Source: Octopus sinensis
Lineage: Eukaryota
NCBI RefSeq assembly: GCF_006345805.1
Contig: NC_043022.1
Span: forward strand, 10,168,001 to 10,232,000
Direction: 5' to 3'
Length of the DNA stretch: 64,000 nt
The position numbers were made by a program, and so were the translations under genes. Below the pieces are notes generated by a model. The model searched no databases. It saw nothing but the letters and a program-made list of their open reading frames with translations, and was not told where the DNA came from. This document shows positions 1 to 13,033 of this stretch, piece after piece (the stretch's first letter is position 1; every line of letters starts with the position of its first letter).

Positions 1-44
1 GTATAGAAGACAGATAGACCGAAGTATAGAAGATGGATAGGCAG

Positions 45-520
45 ATAGATAGACTGATGGACAGAGAGACTGACAGACAGGCAAACAGAGGCAGACAAAC
101 GGAAAGACAGGTAGATAGACAGACATAGATAGACAGACTGATGGACAGAGAGAGACTGACAGACAGGTAAATAGAGGCAGACAAACAGAAAGACAGGTAG
201 ATAGACAGACATAGATAGACAGACTGATGGACAGAGAGAGACTGACAGACAGGTAAATAGAGGCAGACAAACAGAAAGACAGGTAGATAGACAGACATAG
301 ATAGACAGACTGATGGACAGAGAGAGACTGACAGACAGGTAAATAGAGGCAGACAAACAGAAAGACAGGTAGATAGACAGACATAGATAGACAGACTGAT
401 GGACAGAGAGAGACTGACAGACAGGTAAATAGAGGCAGACAAACAGAAAGACAGGTAGATAGACAGACAGACTGACAGGCAGACAAACAGAAAGACAGGT
501 AGATAGACAGACATAGATAG
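45..520. repeat. Higher-order satellite (86-bp period) built from GACA/GATA tetranucleotides
   Basis: Unit agacagactgatggacagagagag...gacatagat recurs at 131, 217, 303, 389. Confidence 0.85.
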
Positions 521-1454
521 ATTGACAAATAGCCGGAAAGATAGGCATTTAGGTTGGTGTCAAGCAGGGAGCATCAGAAAGCTAACTAGAAATAATTACA
601 TGGTGGGATACAAATAGATAAACAGAGACACAGTTGGGCTTAGTATTTGTGTTATTAATAAGGAAAACATAAAAAGGCAATTAAAAATAATTAGCAATGG
701 AGTTGCCTCCTCTGCACACAAAAAGATTATAGGTGGGAAAGAGGTTGTCTTTAAAAATGAAAACAATAGAAAGTTATCCCACTCCTAGCTCTTCACTCCA
801 CCAACACCACCAGCATCAGCACTAACTGCTATGTACACAACTAACATTACCATCACTACTACAACCAAAATCACCACCACCTACTACTACCACTACCTGA
901 ATATCTTAACTAAACATACATATTTTAATTGAAGTGTACATTATTATATATCCATGATGGCCAATTTGACCAGTCAGTTTCACACTAGGGTTCAACGGAG
1001 TGTTAGGTAACAGTGTGATTCTGTATCCCTGTGCTCGTCAGAGGCAGTTGCAATAGATATAGATATATACATACACACATGTATATAATATGTAATATAA
1101 TATAATATGATATATAACATGGTAGCACTGTATTGATCAGACCATCAGATACTGTTATACTCTGATGGTCACAATGTGCCTATAATTCTGTCTTGAATGA
1201 GCCATTGTTTTCCAAATGGCCTCTTCTGATCTCTTGGATACCACTCGGCAACTGCACAGGTCCCCCTGTAGTCTTTGAACCATGTGACATATCTGGCCCA
1301 GTGGAACTTGTGCTTTTGGTACTCTATGATTACATCATTCACACCACTCCATTCTCAACTGATGAGATAGGGATCTTTAAAGAGGACAAATAGCCTGGCT
1401 CTCTGCCGATTAAGACAATGAATGTTCCAGTTGATAGGATTATGATCAACTGAG

Positions 1455-1720
1455 TAGCTTGCTCATGAAATTAATTTGCAAGTGGATGAGCACTCCACAG
1501 ACATGCGTACCCTTAATGAGCTCTCAGGGAGATTCAATGTGACACTGAGTGTGACAAGCTGGCCCTTTGAATTACAGGTACAACTCATTTTTGCCAGCTG
1601 ACTGGACTGGAGCAATGAGGAATAAAATGTCTTGTTCTAGGACACAATGCACAGCCCGGAATTGAACTCATTACATTATGACTGAGCTGAATACCCCTAG
1701 TCAATAGGCCAAATGCCTTG
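1455..1720 (-). mobile_element. tRNA-derived SINE (family with cttg(a/g)gcaag...ttgctccagtcca(c/g)tcagctg core)
   Basis: Shares the tcagctg-a-(g/c)tggactggagcaa..aaataaa..tcttg block with copies at 48566-48841 and 56955-57361. Confidence 0.7.
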
Positions 1721-2283
1721 AAAGAGGATAAACACCTTTAGATGATAGATAAATGGTTATGCATCATATCAGAGGTATCTCAATGACTAAGGATAAACAG
1801 CCCTTCACAGCATAACTAAGGCTGAAAATTCTTGAGTGCTTTTGAGGGGCACCACAAGATGGTCACACTTGTTTCTTGATCCTATCTAGTAACAAGTATA
1901 GCACTACTACTACTGCTGCTACTACTACAATGAGGACAACAAAGACGACCACAATGACTACTACTACTACTACTACTACTACTACAGTAGCTGTAATAAT
2001 AACAATAAAGAGCCACTACTTACCACTGTGAAGACCAACTAACATTCTGGATATCATAAGACATTCTGGAGCCTTAGCAGTTTTCGTGATTCCACCAGTA
2101 ATGGCAGCCAGAAACATAATTACCGTAATTAACAACATACTTTTCTTCCTGAATGAAGAAGAGTGACAAAATAAATTATATTAAAAGAACAAAACAAAAA
2201 ACAAAATCCAAATTTAGTGGTTACTTTTAAATAAAACCCCCATTAGAAATAAGAATTCTTTGATAAACATTGAAGTTACTTAC

Positions 2284-2444
2284 CTCCCAAATCGATCAGC
2301 CATCATTCCTGATACAAAAGATCCAATCATGCCAAACGCAACAAACAGTGATACAGTGAGGGACCACTGCATAGTTATAAACTCCTTTGATGGAGCACTA
2401 TCGCTTCTCTCCGCATACGTCTCATTGTAAAAGTCCATTATAAT
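2284..2444 (-). CDS. SLC2A: Facilitative glucose/sugar transporter (SLC2A/GLUT family), coding exon IIMDFYNETYAERSDSAPSKEFITMQWSLTVSLFVAFGMIGSFVSGMMADRFGR
   Basis: Acceptor tttcccag and donor AG|gtaagt. 161 bp, phase 0 to 2. FYNET glycosylation loop, TM2 and DRFGR motif. Length and phases match human SLC2A1 exon 3 (recalled). Family-level call only. Confidence 0.95.
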
Positions 2445-2714
2445 CTGGGAAATAATAATAATAATAATTTATAATATAGAACCTACTCTGTGAAACTTCT
2501 CATCTGTAAGTATGAGATCATGGAAAACAACATTGACTTTGAATAATGACAATGAATCTTTCAGTGATAGGGAAGTAAGAATTTCATGTATTTTCCAGGT
2601 TGACTCTCTATCACCACTCCTCTCTTGTCTAGCCTTAATACCTCTTTTGAAATTGCTTGATGATGTACAATATGGCTATAAAATTTTTGACGAAAATATA
2701 AATCGTCTCTCTTA

Positions 2715-3860
2715 TTAGGTTGTTCCGAAAATAATAGCTGATTTCAGAAATATAATTTTATTCTGGAAAAATTAACAATAGAAATGTTTTGATTAGTCAA
2801 GGTATGAGCCATGAACATCTCTGCATCTCTGCCATCGATCAACGAGATTATTTATGCCTCTTTGATAAAAACTTATTGGCTTTGATGCTAAGAAATCTTT
2901 GAAAGCTGATTCCACCTCTGGTTTGGACCTGAAAGTTTTTTCACTTAAAAACGTATTTAAATGCTTAAAAAATGGTAGTCAGTGGGTGAAAGATCAGGAG
3001 AATATGGAGGATGTGGTAAAGTTTCGTCTCCCGAGTCTTTGAGTTTCTGCAGCGTCATTCTTGCAACATGTGGCTTTGCATTATGGTGGAGCAGAATTGG
3101 GCCATGCCGATTCACTAATGTAGGTCTCATTTTTGGCAAGTGAGCATGCGTTTCAGCTAGTTAATTGCAGTAAACCTCTGCTGTATTGCTCTGATTGGCT
3201 TCCAGAAAGCTGTAATGGATAACACCAATTGCAGACTACTAGAAAGTCACCATAATCTTTTGCTGATGCAACTTAGGCTTTGGGAAATGTTTGGGGGGGG
3301 GGGCATCATGATCAAGCCATTGACCTGATTGTTTACGGTTATCATAAAGGATCCGCTTTTCCTCACAAATGACTATTCGGTCGTAAAAAAGGATCATTGG
3401 TGTTTCGCAGAAAAAGCATCGAGCACACTTCAAAATGCTGAATTTTTGATTTTCATTGAGCACATACAGTACTCATTTATCGAGCTTATTCACCTTACCA
3501 ATCTTCTGCAGATTGCGTGAGACTGTTGCAATACCGACACCAAGTGCCTGAGACATTTCTCTGACACTTTGATGTGGGTTTTGTTCAACAATTGCATTCA
3601 GTTGTTCATTGTCAAGACTGTATGACCGTCCTCTACCTTCTTCATCTTCAGGGCTCTCATCACCACTCCAGAATTTCTGAAACCACCTTCGTACTGTGTG
3701 ATCACCTGGGGGTCACTCTCCCCATGCTCTGTTGATATTGGCTGCAGTTTGGGAGGCATTGTACCCAAGCTTGAACTCATGCAATAAAAGTACATGAATA
3801 AAACCATAATTAACTGTATTTTCTTTTTCCCAAAGCCAGGAACTTTTCAGCACTCCTTCA
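2715..3860 (-). mobile_element. Degenerate mariner (DD34D) transposon
   Basis: Fragments HNAKPHVARMTLQKL, PHPPYSPDLSPTDYHF and LLHEFKLGYNASQTAANINRAWGE. TA at both ends. The two termini do not match each other. Confidence 0.9.
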
Positions 3861-4664
3861 TATATATCCGTGTGTGTGGCTTTGTGTCTGTGTTTACCCT
3901 CCTCCACCGCTTGACAACAGGTGTTGGTGTGTTTATGTCCCCATAACTTAGCAATTTGGCAAAGGGACCAATAGAGTAAGTACCAGGCTTAAAAAAAAAA
4001 TTAAATAAAATAAAAGTGCTGGGGTTGAATCATTCGACTAAAAATTCTTCATAATTCTGGCTCGATAGAGGCTGACTTACAACCCAATAACAACAACAAC
4101 TGATACGGTATAGTTTCCAGTTTGGCTCTCATTCAAATTTGGAGCATTGAGGTGTGAACAGATATTTCTTGCATTCCATTTATATAAAGCACTTAAATCA
4201 TCCTTCCCTGTGTTGTTGCCATCGCCGCCACCACCATCACCACTACAACCTGAGCTATTATAGAGAATGAAAGCAATGACGATACTACCATCACCGCCAC
4301 CACTACCACCATCAATACTAACCACATAATTAACACCGCCACCATCACCATGACACCCACCACCACCACCACCACTGCCAATATCAACAGAAAAACTAAA
4401 ACAATGCCCATCCACTCCCAACACCAATATCAACAAGACCACCGCCAACACCACCACCACCACCACTACTACTAATAACGCTGCCTGTGACCTGATCTGT
4501 CTGTCTTTCAGGTGCGCCCTTCAGGCATGTGTGTGTGTGTGTGTACAGCTATGTTGTGTTGAGCTGCTTTGAATACTATTGACATTTTCATGTCTCTTTC
4601 ACCTTGAATTTTCTCATATAAAAGTTTTTGAGGAAGAAGTGATGAGGGCAGAGCAGATGAGTGA

Positions 4665-4703
<39 letters not shown>

Positions 4704-5034
4704 GGGAGGTGCAGAGAAGGCTGAGGAATGCTTGATGATCCAAGTCCAGGGCTGTCCAGGCAGTTGTTTCCTACAACTGGACCAACACAAACACACTGCT
4801 ATGGTGGTGATGGTAATGGTGGTGGTGGTGGAGATGGACTTGGCTGTTTGTGAAGGTATTTGGAGTGTTGGATGTTGTTGTTGATAGTGGTGATTGTGAT
4901 GGTGGTGTTGGTGATGTTGCAGGACGAGTGTTTTCAACTATAGCGTCAGGCTGACCAATGCCTTGTGAGTGGATTTGATAAATGGAAACTGAAAGAAGCT
5001 TATCATATATACACACACACATATATATATATAT

Positions 5035-5306
5035 CGCAGAGTATACATGCAGCAAGTATAGATGGGCTGGACACGTCGCCCGGCTCACCGATAATCGGTG
5101 GACGCACACAGTTATCGAGTGGTACCCGCGTGAGCGGAAAAGACCACCCGGAAGACCTCCACGACGGTGGAGTTACGATTTCAGGAGGAAGATTGGGATC
5201 ACGTGGATGAGAAAGGCGCGATCCAGAGAGGAGTGGACAGCGTGCTGTGACCAGTGGTGTCAAATGGACGCCTGACGGACTGGTCGGTCAAGGTGATCAA
5301 GGTGAT
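5035..5306 (+). mobile_element. RTE-clade LINE 3' fragment
   Basis: KYRWAGHVARLTDNRWT..EWYPRERKRPPGRPPRRW C-terminus followed by a (caaggtgat)n tail. Confidence 0.9.
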
Positions 5307-5315
5307 ATATATATA

Positions 5316-5520
5316 CTGGGTTGGTAAAAAAGTTTGTAACGTTTTTTAAGTAAAATTCATTGACAGTATAGTTGTACACACTCAACCTCATATTGTCCAT
5401 TTTGTTCCACTACCTTTTGTCATATTTGAGGCTGCTTCATGATTCCACCCTCCCAGAACTTGGCGTCTTTCTAGGTCATGAACTGGTCCAAGTAGTTTTG
5501 TACACTCTTTTAAAGAATTT
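5316..5520 (-). mobile_element. Mariner 3' end fragment with one TIR
   Basis: YLDQFMT*KDAKFWEGGIMKQPQI*QKVVEQNGQY on the minus strand. ta|ctgggttggtaaaaaagtt terminus. Confidence 0.8.
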
Positions 5521-7404
5521 ATATATATATATAAATTAGAGAAATAACCACTATTATGTAATTCAAACAATGATAGACGTAAATCACACCATATAGAAAA
5601 AATAAAATATATGATAAAACATTTATCTAGATCACAATAAAGTACATAATAATAAATAAACAGTATATAATTAGTAAATAGACTAATTCAATTTGAATTA
5701 CAATTAAATTTAAATGATCCAAAAACAATTCAGTTTCAAGCTACTGATTTAGTAGGTATTTATTTATTATCTGAACTTAAATTAGAAAATGTAAAGTTGG
5801 AGGGTGGTTTATATAGGGTTGACCTTTTATTACTAAGAATTGCACCAATTCAACACTATAAATTAGCATGTGATTGTATATGACATAATTAAGTAAGTTT
5901 AAATTAAATATTTATTATTAAATAAATAAATAAATTAATTAATATAGTGTTGTGGTTGTAGTTTTGTAGTAGCATTTTGATTATAAGTCAATACTAGTTT
6001 TGTATAGGGTTTATTAAATAGAATTAGATTAAACTTAGATGTTTATTTAATAAATATATAATTTAATTAATGAATATAGATTAATGATAGTAATTTAATT
6101 ATTATTATTATTATTATTGTTATCTTTTTTTTCCTCTTCTTTCAAATTTGCTTCCATTTCTTGCCGAGTGTCTTCCCGACTCCTAGGGCAAAGAAACTCA
6201 TAGTATACATTGGTAGGCCATTAAACTAAACTCATTGGTTCGTTCATTTTTTTTTTTAAAGTTAAATTAAAATACATTAGTTAAATTTATTATTATTATT
6301 ATTATAATTATTATATATGAACTAAAATATAAAAGTATTAAGTATAATTACTTTGGAAAATAGTTTGTAATGTAAAATATTATTGAATAGGTAGTAATAA
6401 GTTTTTTTTTTTTAATGTACTATTTAATTTAATAATAATAATAGTAAGTATTTTGTTTATTCCCTTAATGAGCGAAATATTAGATTTAGACATAAATTAA
6501 TTTAGTTATATAATAAGTTGTGAGGATTTATTTGGGAGTATTTATTTGATAAATAAAACATATTTTGTATTTGTGATGTTGTAGTTTTGGTTTGTGGTAG
6601 TGTTTTGTATATAAGTCAACATGAGTTTATATAGGGTTTATTAAATATTTAGAATCAGATTAATTTTAGATGTTTATTTAATTAATGAATATTGATTAAA
6701 TTATAGTTATTTAGATTAACTTAAGTATATTAACTTAGTGGTTTGAAAATTGAGACCGATAGAATAAGTACCAAGCTTGCATAGAATGGGTCTTGGGCTC
6801 GATTTGTTTGAATGGAGGTGGTGCTCCAGCATGACCACATTTAGATGACTGAAACAAGTAAATAAGTATAAGGGTAATACAGAATATATATTAAATTATA
6901 GTTATATTAATTCATTTAAGTATATTATGTATTTTACATATTTTTGTAGTAATTATTTGGACTTTTGAAGTTTCCTGTTAATGATATCTTGTAGTTTTGT
7001 GATTTTATTCTCTTCTTGTCAAAGCTAAAACATATTTTGTAATTTTCATTGATAAAATGCATATTTCTATCTATTTGTTCTATTTATTTAAGCCACGTCT
7101 TCATGAGTAAATTTTAAAATGCTAAGTAATACATTTTGAGTTTTGAAATTTTTAGTTCATAAAATATCTTCGAAAAGATAAGTATACCATTTATTTAAGA
7201 AATAATGGTGTAATTTATATGCTTATTGATTGACAAAATATGGATTTCTAATTTTTTTATTTGTTAATTATAATTTACATACGTACATTTATTTAATTAT
7301 TCTTATTATTATAATCATTATATGTGAACTAAAATCTAAAAGCATTAACTGTGGTTGCTTTGTGAAATAGTTTGTAATGTAAAATATTATATTATAGGTA
7401 GTAC

Positions 7405-7765
7405 TCTCTTTACTTGTTTCAGTCATTTGACTGCAGCCATGCTGGAGCACCGCGTTTAGTTGAGCAAATCAATCCTAGGACTTAATCTTTGTAAGCCTAG
7501 TACTTATTCTATCGGTCTATTTTGCTGAACTGCTAAGTTACAGGGACGTAAACACACCAGCATCGGTTGTCAAGCGATATTGGGGGAACAAACACAGACA
7601 CACAAACATATATATATATATACAAGCTTCTTTCAGTTTCCGTCTACCAAATCCTCTCACAAGGCTTTGGTCAGCCCGAGGCTATAGTAGAAGATACTTG
7701 CCCAAGGTGCCACAGAGTGGGACTGAACCCGGAACCATGTGGTTGGTAAGCAAGCTACCTACCAC
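7405..7765 (-). mobile_element. tRNA-head SINE with internal microsatellite (most abundant family in the window)
   Basis: A/B-box-like head gtggtaagtagcttg...ggttcagtccc and tail gactgaaacaagtaaaagag. More than 15 full or partial copies in the window. Confidence 0.85.
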
Positions 7766-8564
7766 ATGTACTATTGAATTTAATAATAATAAGTACTTTC
7801 ATTTATTCCCTCAATAAGCGAAATATTAGATCTAGACATATAAATGTTAAGTTATACGATTTTAATTCAAAATTTTTTAGTTTATAAAATATCTTAGAAA
7901 AAAATATGTATACATTTTGTTTAAGAAATAATGGTGAAATTTATATGATTATTGATTAAATAAAATATGTATTTCTAATTTTTTTTATTTGTTAATTACA
8001 ATTTAAGATACATACATTTATTTAATTATTCTTATTATTTAATTATTATAAGTGAACTAAAATCTAAAAGTATTATTTGTAGTTGCTTTCTGAAATAGTT
8101 TGTAATGTAAAATATTATAATATTATGAAAAGTTTTTTTCTTTATATACTATTGAATTTAATAATAATAATAAGTACTTTGTTTATTCTATCAATAAGCG
8201 AAATATTAGTTATAGACATAAATTAATTTACTTATATAACAAGTTTTAATTATTTGTGAGTATATTTTTGAAATATATACAAAATATTATTGCTTGGTTG
8301 TGGCTGCAGCATTGTTGATATAAGATATATTAGAAGTCTACACATGTTTGTATAGGGTTAAATACATAGAATTGGATCAAATTTGATGTTTTTTTAATAA
8401 ATAAATAAATATAGATTAACTTATAGTAATTTAGCTTAACTTAAGTATATGATGTATTTTAAGTATTTTCTTTTAAATAATTGGACTCTTATATTTTCCC
8501 AAAGATATACTATAGTTTGTTTAAATAATTTTCAAAGCTAAGATATATCTTCACAGATAAAATG

Positions 8565-8965
8565 CCACAGGAGTGGCTGTGTGGTAAGTAGCTTGCTAAC
8601 CAACCACATGGTTCCGGGTTCAGTCCCACTGTGTGGCATCTTGGGCAAGTGTCTTCTGCTATAGCCCCGGGCCAACCAATGCCTTGTGAGTGGATTTGGT
8701 AGACGGAAACTGAAAGAAGCCTGTTGTATATATGTATATATATATGTGTGTGTGTGTGTGTGTCTGTGTTTGTCCCCCTAGCATTGCTTGACAACCGATG
8801 CTGGTGTGTTTACGTCCCCGTCACTTAGCGGTTCGGCAAAAGAGACCGATAGAATAAGTACTGGGCTTACAAAGAATAAGTCCCGGGGTCGATTTGCTCG
8901 ATTAAAGGCTGTGCTCCAGCATGGCTGCAGTCGAATGACTGAAACAAGTAAAAGAGTAAAGAGAA
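8565..8965 (+). mobile_element. Full-length copy of the same abundant SINE
   Basis: Same head, (TA)/(TG) spacer, and 3' body ending agtaaaagagtaaagag. Confidence 0.85.
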
Positions 8966-9526
8966 TTTCTATCTATTTACTCTATTTTTTTTTACGCTAG
9001 GTTTATAACGTGATAAATGTATTACAAACACCTGGTCCTACTTTTTCAGTTTCAAATTTAGTTAATGGAGTTTCTTCTATAAGAAGAATCATGTTTTTAT
9101 TTCTTTAAGAAATATTGTTTAATTCTGTTTGATTATTTATTAAAAATATGTATTTATTTTACTATTATTGTTGACCTGAGGAGTGACTATATTTTTAAAT
9201 TGAATTGTTTTTGGATCGATTTAATTTAAATTTAATTGTAATTCGAATTGACGTTATAGCCATGAAACGTACATAGTCTTTCTACTTATTATATACTGTT
9301 TATTTATTATTATGTACTTTTTGTGATCTAGATAAATGTTTTATCATATATTTTATTTTTTCTATATGGTGTAATTTATGTCTATCATTGTTTGAATTAC
9401 ATAATAGTGGTTTTTCTCTAACTTATATACATTTATATTGTAAAATTTGATTTAATACTAAATTGAATTTTTCCCTGTAAGTTTGGATTTATACTCCCTA
9501 ATATTATTATTATTATCATTATTATT

Positions 9527-9566
<40 letters not shown>

Positions 9567-11325
9567 AGAGTAGAAATTAATGTTATTAAATAATACTTCT
9601 AAACAATATCAATTTCAACTAGTGGTCAGCATACCTAATAACGTCCGACTGTGAATTTTATTTAAATATAAACAGTATGGGAGATCACTATATGGATCCC
9701 TTGTATGCTAAAAATAGATGTCAAACTGTCTTACCACTAAATCTGTGTTCTCAACTTATATATGTGTGTGTATTTGTGTCTGTGTTTGTCCACCACCACC
9801 ACCACCACTTGACAATCAGTGCTGGTGTGTTTTCATCCCTATAACTTAGCAGTTTAGCAAAAGAGACCAATAAAATAAGTACTAGGCTTAAAATGACCAA
9901 AAATTCTCCAAGGCTGTGTCCCAGCATGGCCACAGTCCAATGACTGAAACAAGTAAATGATAAAAGATAAATGGTGACACATGCCCCTACACCTGGCCTG
10001 ACCTGTAAATACTTTGTAGGCCTTTCTGGGGTCGTTTCAAGCAATATGTTTATAAGGGTTTTTTTTGCTAGAATAAAATTCACAGCTTTTGCTTTTTCAA
10101 TTCCACACATATTAAGTATGTTATAGTGATAAAAATCTCTACTATAGCGATGGCCATATGGTAAGAAGTTTACTTCCTAACTACATGGTTCTGGGTTCAG
10201 TCCCACAATGCGGCACCTTGTGCAAATGTCTCCTACTATAGCCGTGGGCTGAGAAAACCTTGCGAGTGGATTTGGTAGATGGAAACTGAAAGAAACCCAT
10301 CGTATGTATATGTATATATCTGTGTGTTTGACTTACTAATTGACAGCTGTAATTAGTGTGTTGACAGCCCTGTAACTTAGTAATTTGGCCGAAGAAAATG
10401 GTAGAATAAGTGTCAGGCTTTAAGGAAAACAAAAGTACTGGAGTTGATTTGTTTGACTAAAATCCTAAAACCCTGTCTCTGTTTCTCCCCCCCCCCAATC
10501 TTTGACAACCGGTGTTTGTATTCTTGTAACTTAGTGGTTTGGCAAAGAGACCATCCATAAAAAAGAAGTACTGGGGTGGATTCATTTGACTAAAAAATTC
10601 AAAGTGGTGCCCCAGCATGGCCACAGTCTAATGACTGAAACAAGTGAAAGATATATAGAACTGCTTAAAGGAATTACCATTGTTTAAAACATGGGAAACT
10701 GAAGAAATTTTATGAAAAGAAAAAAAAAATAATAATTAAAAATTAAAGAGATTACACTGGGTGTGCTTATTCAGTAAAAGAATTTTTTTCTTTTTTTATG
10801 GTATTTTATTTAAAATTTCATGAATAATTGTATTTTATAAATAACAGGTTTAGCAAGAATTTTTTATTTTTTCTCCTGTTTATGAAATGAAACCATATCA
10901 GTTAATAGTTAGCTTCAATACAGCTATTTAATATATATTATGTAACTTAAAAGATTTTCCCCATTTCTGTATTAAACAATACGGTTTTGGGGGGTTCAAG
11001 GTGAAAGCTCATTCTACATAACTGTAAACTGATACTACCCAAAGGATCAACATACAAACAGGCACCGCCCACAGGCGTGTGTGAATGAGAAAAGGACTGT
11101 GTTATAATGGTTTCTAATTTTGGCACAAGGTCAGCAATTTGAGGAGAGGGTGAAAATCAATTACATCAACCCCCAGTGCTCAACTGCTACTTGATCTATC
11201 GACCCTGAAATGATGAAAGCAAAGTTGACCTCAGTGGTACTTGAACCCAGACCCTAAGGACAGACAAAATACCACTTTGCACAATATGCTAACAACTCAG
11301 CCACCTCACTGCCTTAGTAGTAGTA

Positions 11326-11374
<49 letters not shown>

Positions 11375-11394
11375 TAATAATAAATAATAATAAT

Positions 11395-11452
<58 letters not shown>
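11326..11452. repeat. (AAT)n microsatellite
   Basis: About 40 near-perfect AAT units. Confidence 0.95.
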
Positions 11453-11453
<1 letters not shown>

Positions 11454-12272
11454 TGCTCTGTCACAGTACCAGGCAGTGGCTCTCATGGCTTCTGATCTTA
11501 ACTGATTGGAGGTGTTATCATATACATTGTTTTGTCTTGGCATAAAAGATGGGCTACAGCAAATATTCTGCTCAATTCCACAGATTTGCTTGTCAGTTGT
11601 TTGAAATTAACCAGCTGAGCATGTCCCTTAGTGGCTGACAATATGTGCATCTCTGATCACGAGCAGAAGTAGTGGGGGAGCGTCATAGCCGTGTGTTGAG
11701 AGGTTTGAATAATTCACCTCTGGAAACATGGCTGTTTCGTTCAACATCCTTAAACAACTCTTATTCAAGGACCATTTGAGTAGGACAGGCTATTCGACCC
11801 GAAGAAAATTCTAACTGGGCCCCACCTGCATTGTGGATCTTGTATGAGCTTTGTCAAGGGTGAGTAAGTTCTTGTGGGTGAAAGATTGTCTGACCCTTGT
11901 ACTGGAATAGAAAACTAGTATTTTGTCCCACAGTTTCAGGGAATCTAGAAAATTGGAAAAACCAGTGTAAATTCCAGAATAATAAGGGAACGCAAGGGTT
12001 TGTGTTTGCAGCAGTCACTCAACAAGTTAGCCCTTTTACTATAAAAGTCAGATGTACCCAGCACAAAATTCTAATATTTTTAATGGCAGAAAGCAGTTTT
12101 ATATACTCATCTGCCTTATGTTGAGAAATGTCATGTTTGAAATTATTTTTTTGTTGAGTTATGTCAACTATATTGAGGCAGTGTGACTTGCACAACATAT
12201 CAATTCTATTTTTAGTACATATTTAACTTCATTACTGGAATAACAATGAATTTTCATTTTGTGGTTAAAGGT

Positions 12273-13033
12273 TTAAAGGGCAAATCACTCCTTTCTCAAA
12301 TCTGTCAAAGGGCAAAAAGTTCCTTTCACTACTCAATGTTATAAGGCAAACAATTTCACCTTTCTCTACTTTGTATTAAGGAACAGATAATTCTCTCTCT
12401 TAAAGGGTCAAATAATTCTTTTCATTAATATCTGTTGAAGGGCAAATAACTCCTTTGTGTAACTTTCTTATAGAAGGGTAAACAACTCCCTCTGCATTCC
12501 CTGTTAGAAGGCAAACAACTTCCTCTTTTATTCTCTACTGAAGGGCAAACAACTTTCTTACTCACTTGTCCTCCTCTACTCCCTGTTAAAGGGCAAAGAA
12601 CTCTCTCATACTGATTTTCTACTTTAGGGCAAATATCTATTTTCATTACTTCCTGCCACAGGGCAAACGACTCCCTTATACCTCTCTGTTTCAGGGCAAA
12701 TAACTCCTTTCTATAACTCTTTTGTAGGAGAGTAAACAACTCCTTTGTTTTCAGTTAAAAGCAACTATCTTAACCGTTCTCAGCTTTCTATTAAAGGGCA
12801 AATAACTCTCTCTTCACTCCTTTTTAAAGGGCTAACAACTTTTCCCAACATTATTTTCTGTTTAGGGCAAATATCTTTTTCTTTACTTCCTGCCACAGGG
12901 CAAACTATTCACTCATCCTTCACTGTATCTGTTAAAGGGCAAACAACTTTCTCATCGTTTTTTTACTTTCTAGTGAAGGGCAAACAATTTCCTAACCCAC
13001 TTGTCTTTCTCTGCTAAAGGGCAAACAAAACCC
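12273..13033. repeat. Degenerate array of ~23 AGGGCAAAYAACT motifs with variable pyrimidine-rich spacers
   Basis: Motif recurs every ~30-45 bp. A 238-bp higher-order repeat is seen at 12623 and 12861. Confidence 0.85.

Larger units (their letters stand above)
5528..9429. repeat. Extremely AT-rich fold-back block with ~210-235-bp terminal inverted arms and diverged internal repeats
   Basis: 5528-5740 is the near-identical reverse complement of 9195-9429. Internal blocks recur (tgaactaaaat.taaaag at ~6317/7324/8053; tactatt.aatttaataataat at ~6418/7770/8148). Confidence 0.8.

Noticed and set aside
1359-1365. CTGATGA heptamer (also 23618-23624)
   Set aside because: No downstream stem II/GAAA/NUH arrangement; chance match (the second lies within CR1).
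4077-4466. Gly/Val-rich ORFs
   Set aside because: Trinucleotide low-complexity sequence, with no splice or homology support.
8565-8640. tRNA genes at SINE heads (many copies)
   Set aside because: Only A/B-box remnants continuing into SINE bodies; no full cloverleaf.
5528-9429. Mitochondrial origin of the AT-rich block
   Set aside because: No recognisable mt gene, rRNA or tRNA motif.
12273-13033. CRISPR-like repeat-spacer array
   Set aside because: Eukaryotic intron, repeats only ~10-13 nt and degenerate, spacers related to each other, no cas genes.
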